NCBI GenBank assembly: GCA_040771865.1
Contig: JAXGZF010000005.1
Location: 372,001 to 430,132 of the forward strand
Reading direction: 5' to 3'
Source of the DNA: Desulfobacterales bacterium
Lineage (GTDB): Bacteria > Desulfobacterota > Desulfobacteria > Desulfobacterales > UBA2245
DNA: 58,132 nucleotides
The position numbers and the translations under genes are program-made. The notes beneath the pieces are model-generated. The model was not told where the DNA came from, made no database searches, and was given only the letters and a program-made list of their open reading frames with translations. Position 1 is the stretch's first letter; every line of letters begins with the position of its first letter. Below are positions 8,750 through 18,876 of this stretch, piece after piece.

Positions 8750-10534
8750 TTAAGGTTTTGGCATGATCCGCTGCCTTTCAAGAATTTGAGGCCGCGAGCA
8801 TTCGATAAATATTCTGGAAGCGCAGCGCCTGCATTCATCCGGATCGAGCCTTTTGAGTATTTCTTCGATAGCCTGGGCTTTTGAAACAAATAAATGCGTG
8901 TTACCGATGGCTTCCAGATATCCGCTTTTTTGAAGCATGCGAAGCGGTTCTTTCTTGAGACCGCAGAAATACAGACCGCCGCCGATTTTTTTTCGTCGGC
9001 GCGCTTCGTGAGCCAGCATTTCGGCGCCGGACAGATCGATGAAATTGATACCGTTGGCGATAATCAGGACGTGTTTCAACATCGGGCTTTGCATATCAAT
9101 GGCTTGCAGCTGCTGCTCGATGTGGTGGACCGCGCCGAAAAACAGGGAGCCGTCGATCCGAATCAATTTGAGCTGGCGGCATTCGGGAAGAGATCTCCCC
9201 TCGACTTCGATCAATCGGCGATTTGAACACTGAGGGTCAGGGGAAAGGCTCGCAATGCTCGGCCGTCCGGTGCGGTTTAGATAAAATCCCAGTGAAAGCA
9301 GAACCCCTGCGAGGATGGAAAATTCCAGTTCCAGAAACAGGGCTGAGAAAAAGGTTGCCAGCAGGACGGTTGCTTCCGCTCTGCTAGATTTCATGATCGA
9401 CCGGATATGTTTGAGGTCGATGAGATGAAAGGCTACCAGCAGAATAATTCCGCCCATGGCGGCGGATGGAAGATAAGCGCTGAGGGGGGCGATGAGCAGA
9501 ACAATCAGAGCCAGGAAAGCCGCGGAAAATACAGCGGCCAGCGGGGTCTGCGCGCCGGCTTGGAAATTGATCGCCGATCGGGTGAAAGACCCTGAACCCG
9601 CGTAGCTTGAAAAAAAGCTTCCCACGATGTTGGACAGCCCCTGGCCGATGAATTCCTGGTTTACATGGATACGCTGGTAAGACAGCATGGAGATGGAACG
9701 GGCGATTGAAACGGCTTCGATCAGACCCAGCAGGGCGACGGCCATTGCCTGGGGCGCCAGTTGGCGCATGGTGCCCAGGGAAAAATCCGGAAGCGACAAC
9801 GGCGGAAGCCGGACGTGAAGCTCTCCAACCAGATGAATGCCGCGTTCCTGTCCCCCGAGGAGAAAACTGACTATACCGCCCAGGATCATGCCGATCAGCA
9901 TATGTGGCCATCGTGGGAGAAACCGGTGCACCAGCAAGGCGCAGATCATTGTGGACGCTGCTACAATCAGCACATAAGCATTGGTGTGCGGTAGCTGCCT
10001 TATGAATTCGGCCCATGTTTGAAAAAATGAACTTCCGTCTCCCATGGCGATGCCGAAGACGTGCTTCAGCTGGCTGGTTGCGATCAGAATGGCGGCGCCG
10101 CTGACAAATCCGATGAGTGCCGAGTGGGAAATAAAATTCACCAGCACACCGAGACGTCCCAGCCCGAAAGCCGTCTGAAACAATCCCGCCATCAGTGTGA
10201 GGGAAAGCGTCAGGCGAATAAAATCCGCAGAGCCGGGTTCCGCGTACGGGCTGATGGATGTAAACACCAGAATGGAAATGGCCGTCGTCGGGCCGGAAAT
10301 CATATGGTGAGAAGATCCGAAAAGGGCTGCCACAACCGGCGTGATCATGGCGGTATAAAACCCGTACTCCAAGGGAAGACCGGCGATCATGGCAAAGGCC
10401 ACACTCTGGGGCAGAACGATCACCGCGCTGGTAAATCCCGCGAAGAGATCGGTCTTCAGGCTTTGCGCGGATATGCAGCGGACCCATGTCAGAAAGGGCA
10501 GCGCAAAGCTTTTTTCCGAAGAAGGAATGGTCAA
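8750..10534 (-). CDS. SulP/SLC26-family anion transporter with STAS domain
   Basis: DLFAG...LPQSVAFAMIAGLP, GPT, NQEFIGQGLSN, GSFTRS; STAS RIDGSLFFG/FIDLSG. Confidence 0.93.
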   Translation of the reverse strand: MTIPSSEKSFALPFLTWVRCISAQSLKTDLFAGFTSAVIVLPQSVAFAMIAGLPLEYGFYTAMITPVVAALFGSSHHMISGPTTAISILVFTSISPYAEPGSADFIRLTLSLTLMAGLFQTAFGLGRLGVLVNFISHSALIGFVSGAAILIATSQLKHVFGIAMGDGSSFFQTWAEFIRQLPHTNAYVLIVAASTMICALLVHRFLPRWPHMLIGMILGGIVSFLLGGQERGIHLVGELHVRLPPLSLPDFSLGTMRQLAPQAMAVALLGLIEAVSIARSISMLSYQRIHVNQEFIGQGLSNIVGSFFSSYAGSGSFTRSAINFQAGAQTPLAAVFSAAFLALIVLLIAPLSAYLPSAAMGGIILLVAFHLIDLKHIRSIMKSSRAEATVLLATFFSALFLELEFSILAGVLLSLGFYLNRTGRPSIASLSPDPQCSNRRLIEVEGRSLPECRQLKLIRIDGSLFFGAVHHIEQQLQAIDMQSPMLKHVLIIANGINFIDLSGAEMLAHEARRRKKIGGGLYFCGLKKEPLRMLQKSGYLEAIGNTHLFVSKAQAIEEILKRLDPDECRRCASRIFIECSRPQILERQRIMPKP

Positions 10535-11079
10535 GTTGAATCAGTTCCTTTTGTAAGTGGCGCAAGAATCATGTTATTTATTGCTACCACAGCCTTCCGT
10601 CCTATGTCAAAATTCCGGAACCGGATGCTTCTGTCCGCCGCATTCCGATTTCTTATCGAAAGTCTGCATGAATCCAAAAAAATGAATGGAATTAAATGAT
10701 TAATATTTATTTGGCTGACTGATTGTGAATTGATATGAGATAAATAATGATTATATGACAAACGCCGTGCTCACATCCTTCAGGTGGTCCGACAATACGA
10801 TGCTAAGTAAATAAATTAAAAACAGTATGTTAAAAAGTATTTATGGATTGATCTTTCAATTTTTGGCAGTGGCGGATCAAAAAGCCCTTGACAATTCATC
10901 CGTACTGAATTACTTATCAAATCGTCAAAAGGAAATAGTAATAAAATTCAAAAACAAATATTATCAATGTCATATAAAAAATTGGAGTTTGAATATGAGT
11001 CATATTCAAACCGGTGGCGCTTCCGGCTCTTTCGGGACCGGTTGCATGATTTGAATTCATTGATCAGAGGAGCATTGAA

Positions 11080-11307
11080 ATGTCCATTGCAGAACAGATG
11101 ATGGAAATAATCGCGGAAAAACTCAGCGTCGATATCGAGGATGTGACCCCTCAGGCCTCTTTTGTAGAAGATCTGGGCGCCGATTCTCTGGACCTGGTCG
11201 AATTGATCATGACCATGGAAGAAGCGTTCAATATCGATATATCCGATGAGGACGCGGGCAAGCTGGTCACCGTTCAGGATGCGATTCAGTATGTTGGCGC
11301 ACATTGA
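11080..11307 (+). CDS. acpP: Acyl carrier protein
   Basis: [14 protein letters not shown] phosphopantetheine site; RBS GAGGAG. Confidence 0.95.
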   Translation: MSIAEQMMEIIAEKLSVDIEDVTPQASFVEDLGADSLDLVELIMTMEEAFNIDISDEDAGKLVTVQDAIQYVGAH

Positions 11308-11341
11308 CCAAAGGATTTTTTCTGGAAAAGGAGGCTCTGTA

Positions 11342-12598
11342 TTGCGGAGACGTGTAGTTGTGACGGGTCTGGGTCTAGTGACTCCGCTGGGCACGGGTGT
11401 AGAGAAGACATGGGCGGCGATATGCGCGGGGGAGTCGGGCATAGGACCGATCACGCGTTTTGATGCGTCGGGGTATGCCACGCAGATTGCCGGCGAGGTG
11501 AAGGATTTTTGTGCGGAGGATTATCTTCCGAAGAAGGAGGCTGGTCGCACGGAGCATTTTATAGCCTATGCGGTGGCGGCTTCTCGAATGGCGCTGGAGG
11601 ATTCGGGTTTGAAGGTTGACGGGTCCAATGCGTCGCGGGTGGGGGTATTGACGGGCTGCGGACTGGGGGGGTTGTCGCTTTTGGAGACGACCACGCGGGT
11701 TTTGGATGCGCGGGGTCCGCGCCGGGTCAGCCCGTTTTTCATACCGATGATCATCGGGAACATGGCGCCGGGGATGATATCGATTTATCTGGGGGCCAAG
11801 GGTCCGAACGCGTCGATCGCGACGGCCTGCGCTGCCGGGACGCACGCGGTGGGCGAGGCGTACCGGATGGTTCAGTGCGGACAGGCGGAGGCGATGATTA
11901 CCGGCGGGGTGGAGTCGGTGATATCGCCGACCTGCATAGCGGGTTTTAATGCGATGAAGGCGCTGTCGACGAGAAACGATAATCCGCGAAGGGCGTCGCG
12001 TCCGTTTGATCGGGACCGGGACGGTTTTGTAGTGGGCGAGGGTGCCGGGATGCTGGTGCTGGAGACGCTTGAGAGTGCGCGGAATCGGGGGGCGCATATA
12101 TATGCCGAGGTTCTGGGGTTTGGAATGAGCGGGGACGGTTTTCACATGACGGCGCCGCCGCCGGACGGAGACGGAGCGGTTCGCTGCATGCAGGCGGCTC
12201 TGGACGATGCGGGAATAGGACCTGAGTCGGTGGACTACATCAATGCGCACGGGACCTCGACGCCGATGAACGATCTGTACGAGACGCGGGCGGTGAAGAC
12301 GGTATTTGGCGAGCATTCCCGGAGGGTGGCGATCAGTTCGACCAAGTCGATGACCGGCCATCTGCTGGGGGGGGCCGGGGGGATCGAGTCGGTGTTTACG
12401 GTGCTGTCCATCGACCGGGGGGTGATTCCGCCGACGATCAACCTGGAAAATCCCGGGGAGGAATGCGACCTGGATTATGTTCCCGGCAAGGCCCGAAAAC
12501 AGAAGGTCGAAGTCGCCATGAGCAATTCCTTCGGCTTCGGAGGAACCAACGGAACGTTGATTTTCGGCAGCTTGAATAACAGAAGGAATGACGAATGA
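11342..12598 (+). CDS. fabF: Beta-ketoacyl-ACP synthase II
   Basis: TTG start after AAGGAGG; RRVVVTGLG, TACAAG, NAHGTST, KSMTGHLLG, SNSFGFGGTN. Confidence 0.95.
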   Translation: MRRRVVVTGLGLVTPLGTGVEKTWAAICAGESGIGPITRFDASGYATQIAGEVKDFCAEDYLPKKEAGRTEHFIAYAVAASRMALEDSGLKVDGSNASRVGVLTGCGLGGLSLLETTTRVLDARGPRRVSPFFIPMIIGNMAPGMISIYLGAKGPNASIATACAAGTHAVGEAYRMVQCGQAEAMITGGVESVISPTCIAGFNAMKALSTRNDNPRRASRPFDRDRDGFVVGEGAGMLVLETLESARNRGAHIYAEVLGFGMSGDGFHMTAPPPDGDGAVRCMQAALDDAGIGPESVDYINAHGTSTPMNDLYETRAVKTVFGEHSRRVAISSTKSMTGHLLGGAGGIESVFTVLSIDRGVIPPTINLENPGEECDLDYVPGKARKQKVEVAMSNSFGFGGTNGTLIFGSLNNRRNDE

Positions 12599-13629
12599 AA
12601 AGGAACTGGGGCAACATGGCCTATGCGACGCAAATGATCGGAACCGGATCCGCTTTCCCGCAAACAATAATGACCAATTTCGAAATTATTGAAAAGCTGG
12701 CGGCAATGGGCATTGAAAGCAGCGAAGAGTGGGTCCGGGAACGAACCGGTATTCGTGAAAGACGGATTTCCGACCCGGACAATCCGCTTGAGCGCAACTC
12801 GTCTCTGGGCATGTGTGCGGCGCAGGAGGCTCTGGATATGGCCGGGAAGACACCGGCCGATATCGATCTGATTATTTACGCCACCTGTTCTCCCGACACC
12901 AAGGTGCCCTCCACGGCATGCTGGATGCAACACAAACTCGGAGCGGACCGGGCGTGGGCCATGGATATCAACGCTGCCTGCTCGGGATTCGTGTACGCGC
13001 TTTCGATTGCCGAGAAATTCATATTCTGCGGGCAGGTCAAAACGGCGCTGATCATCGGCAGCGAGGTGCTTTCTTCCTTCATCAACTGGGAGGACCGCAA
13101 CACCTGTTTTCTTTTCGGAGACGGCGCCGGTGCGGCCGTGCTTGAACGGGCGCCATTGGATTCAGATCACCGCGTCCTGTACAGTCATCTGTATTCAAAC
13201 GGCCATTTCTGGGAACTGATTCACGTTCCTGCCGGAGGATCCTCCATGGAGCTGACGCCTGAGCGGTACGCCCAGAAACTGGGCAAGGTCAGAATGAACG
13301 GGACGGAAGTGTTCAAGATCGCGGTTCGAACCATGACCGATCTGGCTAATAAAGCCCTGGCCGATCAGAACATGACGACCGAAGACCTGACCGCCTTTGT
13401 TCCGCATCAGGCCAATATTCGGATCATCGATTCCGTGGCAGGGCGTTTAAAAATTGCTTCGGAAAAGGTGATCGTGAATTTGGACCGTTTCGGCAACACC
13501 TCGGCGGCCACGATTCCGACGGCTTTGGACGAGGCGGTTCGGGACGGGCGCGTCAGATCCGGAGACGCGGTGCTTATGGACGCCTTTGGCGCCGGATTGA
13601 CCAGCGGTTCCCTTCTTATGCGCTGGTAG
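12595..13629 (+). CDS. fabH: Beta-ketoacyl-ACP synthase III (start may be 12616)
   Basis: RTGIRERR, AACSGF (Cys), FGDGAGA, PHQAN (His), GNTSAATIP (Asn). Confidence 0.93.
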   Translation: MKRNWGNMAYATQMIGTGSAFPQTIMTNFEIIEKLAAMGIESSEEWVRERTGIRERRISDPDNPLERNSSLGMCAAQEALDMAGKTPADIDLIIYATCSPDTKVPSTACWMQHKLGADRAWAMDINAACSGFVYALSIAEKFIFCGQVKTALIIGSEVLSSFINWEDRNTCFLFGDGAGAAVLERAPLDSDHRVLYSHLYSNGHFWELIHVPAGGSSMELTPERYAQKLGKVRMNGTEVFKIAVRTMTDLANKALADQNMTTEDLTAFVPHQANIRIIDSVAGRLKIASEKVIVNLDRFGNTSAATIPTALDEAVRDGRVRSGDAVLMDAFGAGLTSGSLLMRW

Positions 13630-13713
13630 CTGCACTCAAATCCTGACTTTTCTTAGAAAAGCATGAAACACCGGTGAGCCCGGCGGATAGTCTGTTTCAG
13701 ACCCAAAGCCGGA

Positions 13714-15741
13714 TCATGCGATGGCCTTGTCCGCGGTCAATTGCACCAGTTCCAGGACGTCTTTGGCCAGAAGCCGGCTCACATGATGATACCGTGCGCC
13801 CAAAGCCCTGGCGACCTGTTGCATTTCACCGGAACTCTGTGACCGAGGCTTGGTGTCGATCGCCACAGATGCGATGCCGTCCTGTCGGATATGATCGGAC
13901 AGCGCAAGCACCTCATCCATGATCTTGCACCCCTTTTGAAGGGGCACGTTGGCCTCCCCGTCCGATATCACCACCAGAAGCGGATTTAAATCCGGGTCCT
14001 TGGCGCGTTCGGCCTTGATCAGCTGCCAGGATTTCATCAGGCCGTCGGCAAAAGGCGTCGCGCCGCCGGTGGGAAGACGCTGAAGCCGTTCGCGGGCCAG
14101 CGTGACGCTGGAAGTGGGCCGCAGGAGAACCCGGGCCGATTCATCGCGAAAGGCCACCACGGCGACCCGGTCCCGCTTTTGGCAGGATTTGGCCAGCAGC
14201 GCCAGCGCCGCACCCTTGGCCGCGCGCATGCGAACAACGGTTCCACCGCCCATGGAATCCGATGCATCGACGGCAAAGACTACAAGCGCATTCTGGGGCC
14301 GTTTTCTGATTTTTTTGCGAAGGTCCTCGGCTTGCACGCAGAACTCGCCGTTGGCGCCTTCCTGGGCCTGGCGCAACATGGCCGCGCGCATCGTGGCGTC
14401 AACGGCCACGTCAAATCCGTTTTCCCCTTTTCGAACCGGGACCGAGCGCACATATCGTCCTGTCCGGGCCTCGGTCGTGTTCCGCTGCCGCCTGCCTCCG
14501 TAACTTCCGCCATTGGCTTTGACTTCTTCAAGATCGATCTCGTCTACGATGACGCCTTCGTCCGGATCATGGGTTTTTTCTTCTTTTTTTTTTAAGAAGG
14601 AAAACAGCGAATTTGTATAGCCGGCCCCCATGGCGCCGGGAATGTCCCGGTCGATCTCGAAAATATTGTCCTCGTCCTTTTCTTCGGCGTCCTCTTTTAA
14701 AGACGGATCATCAGATAGCACCCGTTTGATGGCCGAATTAATTTTTTCAGTCAGTTGGGCGGAGGCAGAGAGCGAGGCGTTCTGAATGCGATGGGGAAGT
14801 ACATAACGCGCGGCTTCCGCAATATGGCCGTGTTGCACCCGGGTTCTTTCGGTCAGGGCCGCCAGGGCTCGAGCGGTTTTCAGAATGGCGATGTCCGCCC
14901 GATGGCCGTGTACATCGACCTCGACGGCCAGTCTGACCGCCATTTCCAGTAGATCGTCCGGAATTTCGATTTTTGCAAGGTTGTTCCGGGCGTATAGAAT
15001 CTGTCCGGCAAGCAGGTCTTCCACCGGCTGCCATTTTTTCTGAAAACGGTCGGGGTCCTTTTCGAATTCAAGACGCTGGCGAATGACATCCTGCCGTTCC
15101 TTGACATTGGTCAGACCGGTTACGGTAACATTGAGACCGAACCGGTCGAGGAACTGCGGCCGAAGATCTCCCTCTTCGGGGTTCATGGTGCCGATAAGCA
15201 TGAAGCGCGCGGGATGCACATAAGAGATGCCTTCGCGCTCAACCACGTTGACTCCGGATGCCGCGGCATCCAAGAGCATGTCCACCAGGTGATCGTCGAG
15301 TAGGTTGACCTCGTCCACGTAGAGAATGCCCCGGTTGGCGGTTGCCAGAAGTCCGGGTTCAAATTTTCGGGTTCCGGTTTTCAGCGCGTGTTCAACGTGC
15401 AGCGCGCCGACCAGCCGGTCTTCGGTTGCGCTCAGGGGAAGTTCCACCACGGGCATGCGGCGGAAAACGGTTTCAAGTTTTTCTCCGGACTGGAACCGCG
15501 CAAGGCATTCCTCATCCATGTTTTCAGGTTCGGATGGAGAACAGTGATACGGACAGCCGGCGACGACCTCTATGGGGGGAAGAATCTGCGCCAGGGCACG
15601 AACGGCGGTTGATTTTGCAGTGCCCTTGTGGCCGGAGATCAGAACGCCGCCGATGGACGGATCGACGGCATTGAGAACCAGGGCCGTCTTCATGGATTCC
15701 TGACCGACAATTGCGCTGAACGTATAAATATGGCGTTTCAT
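13714..15741 (-). CDS. ChlI/ChlD-family metal-chelatase subunit: AAA+ ATPase plus VWA domain
   Basis: FSAIVGQE, Walker A GHKGTAKST, ATEDRLVG, Walker B LYVDEVNLLDDH, MNPEEGDLRPQFLDRFG; VWA DASDSM, GGATP, ISDGEAN. Confidence 0.92.
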   Translation of the reverse strand: MKRHIYTFSAIVGQESMKTALVLNAVDPSIGGVLISGHKGTAKSTAVRALAQILPPIEVVAGCPYHCSPSEPENMDEECLARFQSGEKLETVFRRMPVVELPLSATEDRLVGALHVEHALKTGTRKFEPGLLATANRGILYVDEVNLLDDHLVDMLLDAAASGVNVVEREGISYVHPARFMLIGTMNPEEGDLRPQFLDRFGLNVTVTGLTNVKERQDVIRQRLEFEKDPDRFQKKWQPVEDLLAGQILYARNNLAKIEIPDDLLEMAVRLAVEVDVHGHRADIAILKTARALAALTERTRVQHGHIAEAARYVLPHRIQNASLSASAQLTEKINSAIKRVLSDDPSLKEDAEEKDEDNIFEIDRDIPGAMGAGYTNSLFSFLKKKEEKTHDPDEGVIVDEIDLEEVKANGGSYGGRRQRNTTEARTGRYVRSVPVRKGENGFDVAVDATMRAAMLRQAQEGANGEFCVQAEDLRKKIRKRPQNALVVFAVDASDSMGGGTVVRMRAAKGAALALLAKSCQKRDRVAVVAFRDESARVLLRPTSSVTLARERLQRLPTGGATPFADGLMKSWQLIKAERAKDPDLNPLLVVISDGEANVPLQKGCKIMDEVLALSDHIRQDGIASVAIDTKPRSQSSGEMQQVARALGARYHHVSRLLAKDVLELVQLTADKAIA
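14584..14593 (-). other. A10 homopolymer, a putative programmed frameshift/slippage site in the chelatase gene
   Basis: Minus strand TTC TTA AAA AAA AAA GAA (FLKKKE) at the AAA+/VWA boundary; both alternative frames stop within 16 codons. Confidence 0.65.
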
Positions 15742-15938
15742 GATGTCTATTTCCTTGCATAAATCGAATCTCGTTTACGATAAAGGCCTATTTATATATT
15801 CGGAGGCTATTGGATGCAAGGGCAAATCGGCGAAAGGCATTTTTTCGGCGTATCACCCGGACGATTGAGCGGATCTTTCGCAATCCGGACTACGGTCTGC
15901 CTGATGCTGCCTGAGATTTCGAGGAATGGTTCTGCGCG

Positions 15939-16082
15939 ACAGGTTGTTGAAAAACAAGAATCGGGTCGTCAGGCAATGCGAGCGGCGATGCGACATGCGC
16001 AGCATATTCAAGCGTATGTGACATTGGCGGGAGCCGTGCAACGCTGTGGCGGCCTTAGAAGCGGTTTTTCAACAGCCTGCTA
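15939..16082 (-). mobile_element. MITE-like repeat, copy 2 (about 144 bp)
   Basis: CAGGTTGTTGAAAAAC ... GTTTTTCAACAGCCTG inverted ends; homologous to 6916-7063. Confidence 0.75.
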
Positions 16083-16155
16083 AACCGGATTCCGCACTTG
16101 AATCAGGGGCGGTCTCGTCCGCAGAAGGCGGAGGTAAGGGAAGGCATTACAATCT

Positions 16156-17367
16156 CTACAAAGTTTCCCGGTCTCTGAATCCCATCAGATACAGGATCCC
16201 GTCGAGTCCCAGGGTGGAGATGGCCTGTTTGGCCGATTCCCGTACAAGGGGTTTGGCGCGGAAGGCGATTCCCATGCCGGCCCGGCTTAGCATGGGAAGG
16301 TCGTTGGCGCCGTCGCCCACGGCGATCGCCTGTTCCATGCGGATATTCTCCCTGCTCGTGATTTCTTCGAGCAGTTCGGCCTTCCGGTTTCCATCAACGA
16401 TCGGACCGAGGATGTTTCCGGTCAGCCGGCCGTCTATTATTTCAAGCTCATTGGCATAAACATAGTCGATCTGAAGGCGCTTTTGAAGTTGGCGGCCGAA
16501 ATAGGTGAATCCGCCTGACAGAATGGCGGTTTTGAAACCCAGATTTTTCAGGGTGCCGATCAGTTTTTCAGCGCCCTCAGTGAGCTGAAGACCTGCTGCG
16601 ACCTTTTGCAGAGCGGTTTCTTCAAGGCCTTTGAGCAGGGCAACCCGTTTTTTCAGACTGGCCTTAAAATTAAGTTCTCCCTGCATGGCCCGGGCGGTGA
16701 TTTCGGATACCCGGTCCCCGACGCCGACCGCTTTGGCAAGTTCGTCGATGACCTCCGATTCGATCAGGGTCGAGTCCATGTCAAAGGCCACCAGCCGGCA
16801 GTTTCTGCGGAAGAGGGTGTCCTGCTGAAATGCCAGGTCCACAGCCAGCGTTTCAGCGGCCCTGAAAAGATCGGTCCGCATCCTGTCGGGATTTTCAGGC
16901 TGCCCCCGCAGGGAAAACTCCACGCAAGCCTTGGTCCTGCCGGTGGTTCCGGTCAGAGGGATTCGTCCGGAAAGCCGGCTGATCTGATCGATGTTCAACC
17001 CGTTCTGAACCATGATCGACGTAACGGCCGAAATCTGCTCAGCCGTAATCTTCCGGGCCAGCAGGGTGATGATGTACCGGGGTTTTCCCTGAAGACCTAC
17101 CCACTTCCGGTAGGTGTCTTCGTCGATCGGAGTGAACTGCGTGCTGACGCCGAGCTTGTGGGCGCAGAACAGAATGTCTTTTAAAATCGGGGCGGACTCG
17201 GATTCGGGCGGAACCTCTACGAGCATCCCCAGCGAAAGCGTGTTGTGAATCACCGCCTGACCGATATCCAGAATATTAATCCGGTATCTGGCCAGCACGC
17301 CGGTGATCGCTGAGGTCAGACCCGGTTTGTCCGCACCGGAAATGTTGATCAGTATGATTTCTTTCAT
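16156..17367 (-). CDS. serB: Phosphoserine phosphatase with N-terminal ACT domains
   Basis: ACT-like GADKPGLT/NILDIGQ; HAD motifs FDMDSTLI, SGGF, GDGANDL. Confidence 0.95.
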   Translation of the reverse strand: MKEIILINISGADKPGLTSAITGVLARYRINILDIGQAVIHNTLSLGMLVEVPPESESAPILKDILFCAHKLGVSTQFTPIDEDTYRKWVGLQGKPRYIITLLARKITAEQISAVTSIMVQNGLNIDQISRLSGRIPLTGTTGRTKACVEFSLRGQPENPDRMRTDLFRAAETLAVDLAFQQDTLFRRNCRLVAFDMDSTLIESEVIDELAKAVGVGDRVSEITARAMQGELNFKASLKKRVALLKGLEETALQKVAAGLQLTEGAEKLIGTLKNLGFKTAILSGGFTYFGRQLQKRLQIDYVYANELEIIDGRLTGNILGPIVDGNRKAELLEEITSRENIRMEQAIAVGDGANDLPMLSRAGMGIAFRAKPLVRESAKQAISTLGLDGILYLMGFRDRETL

Positions 17368-17373
17368 GACCTT

Positions 17374-17727
17374 TTAACGGGGTTCGTCTTCGGCCGGTCG
17401 CCATTCGTGAAGTGTTTCGCATATCGTCAAGAAATTAACTCCGAATTCGCACGAATAATCCAGATATTCGTTGTAGCACATGGGTTTTTCGGCCTCGGAT
17501 TTTCCCTCCATGGCCTGGGTCGGAAAATTGAGGGCCCGGGCGACCTTGAACAGGGCCTGATTGAGAAATATGCGTTTGAGGTGATCGGGCACATCCCGGC
17601 TCATGAATTCCTTGCCTGTGGAGAGCATGTGGCGAAGAATCTGATTGGAAAAATCCGTGTTCTTTTTTTCCATGCGGTCTTCAAAACTGTCCCGCTCCTG
17701 GGCGGCGACATGTTCTTCCTGGATCAT
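17374..17727 (-). CDS. Hypothetical protein
   Basis: ATG after AAGGAAG; co-oriented with and 6 nt upstream of serB. Confidence 0.55.
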   Translation of the reverse strand: MIQEEHVAAQERDSFEDRMEKKNTDFSNQILRHMLSTGKEFMSRDVPDHLKRIFLNQALFKVARALNFPTQAMEGKSEAEKPMCYNEYLDYSCEFGVNFLTICETLHEWRPAEDEPR

Positions 17728-17842
17728 GGCGTCTTCCTTTCTGAGGTATTGAACGGTAAAATAACGCCTCGCATCATACGCATGATTCGAAGGCATGACA
17801 ACATCAAATGCGCCGGAGCGGTTTCAAGCCGGACAGCCGGCC

Positions 17843-18490
17843 TTACTCGAAATCCTTCAGAAAAGCATCGGCTTCCTGAATCGATCTCGTCATATCGGCG
17901 ATCAGTACGTCTACATCGGTTTCAATACTTCCGGCCTCCTTCTGGAGTGCTCCGATGGCCTGAGCGTTGAGGTTGTGCTTCAGGTACAACACATAATCAT
18001 TGAGCTTTGCTATCACAGGCTTCATGCGGTCTCTTGCCGCCACGGTGGTCCTGCTTAGCTGGGCATAGCGTTTTTGGGTGTCTTCAAGAGATCGCCGGCT
18101 TTGTTGCTTGAAATTTTCATTGGTCATGGCCTTGATTTCAGATTCCCATTCCTTGAAAAGATCCTTTGCGATGCGTTCCATCTGGTCGATACGTTCATCG
18201 ATGATTTTGGCCCGTTCCCGGCAACGGTCGTAGTCGGCTTTGAGCTGGTTGTAATAGCTTTCCATGTCTCCGCCGCTGAATCCGTAAACCTCCTTGACAC
18301 GGGTCAGCGCGTCCTTGAACTCTTCGGAGGCTTTTTCCTGATCGTTTCGAGCGTACTGGACATGGTCTTTTAAAAGATGTCGCTTTTCCTTTCCCAGCTG
18401 TTCCCATACCTTATAATAGGTGGTTTGGCATCCCGCCAACATGGCCGTGGCGCAGAACAGAGCTGAAATTTTTACGGCAAACCGGGTCAC
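17843..18490 (-). CDS. DUF2959-like helical lipoprotein
   Basis: GTG start after AAGGAGG; lipobox LAGC; YYKVWEQLGKEKR and DYVLYLKHNLNAQAIGAL recognised by eye. Confidence 0.8.
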   Translation of the reverse strand: MTRFAVKISALFCATAMLAGCQTTYYKVWEQLGKEKRHLLKDHVQYARNDQEKASEEFKDALTRVKEVYGFSGGDMESYYNQLKADYDRCRERAKIIDERIDQMERIAKDLFKEWESEIKAMTNENFKQQSRRSLEDTQKRYAQLSRTTVAARDRMKPVIAKLNDYVLYLKHNLNAQAIGALQKEAGSIETDVDVLIADMTRSIQEADAFLKDFE

Positions 18491-18876
18491 TTTTACCTCC
18501 TTCTTCGGTGTGGGTGGGGTGAAATACATTGTGAACCTTGGCAGCGTTGTGGCCGAAATATATCATGCGGGGCGGTATCCTGTCCATTTGGGTTTTCAAG
18601 GCTGCACGATAATGGGATGAAACTGAAACAATCATTTTGCTTGATAAGCCCTTACGGGTTGCCGTAGAACGAACCAGCGGATGATGAAGCGATATTCCCA
18701 TTCGGAAGGCGACCGCGCATCGGGCGGCAGCTTTCCAGTGCAAGAGTCGCCCGCAAAGAAATTCAGGCAAAAACACCATTGAACTTCTGATGAATAAGAT
18801 CAATATTTACATCATAACAAAAAGATTTCATTGAGAATCACAAGCATGATGCTTTTCTATACAAGGAATATTAACC

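Noticed and set aside
15742..15938. Cobalamin riboswitch upstream of the chelatase gene
   Set aside because: No B12-box or other conserved motifs recognisable
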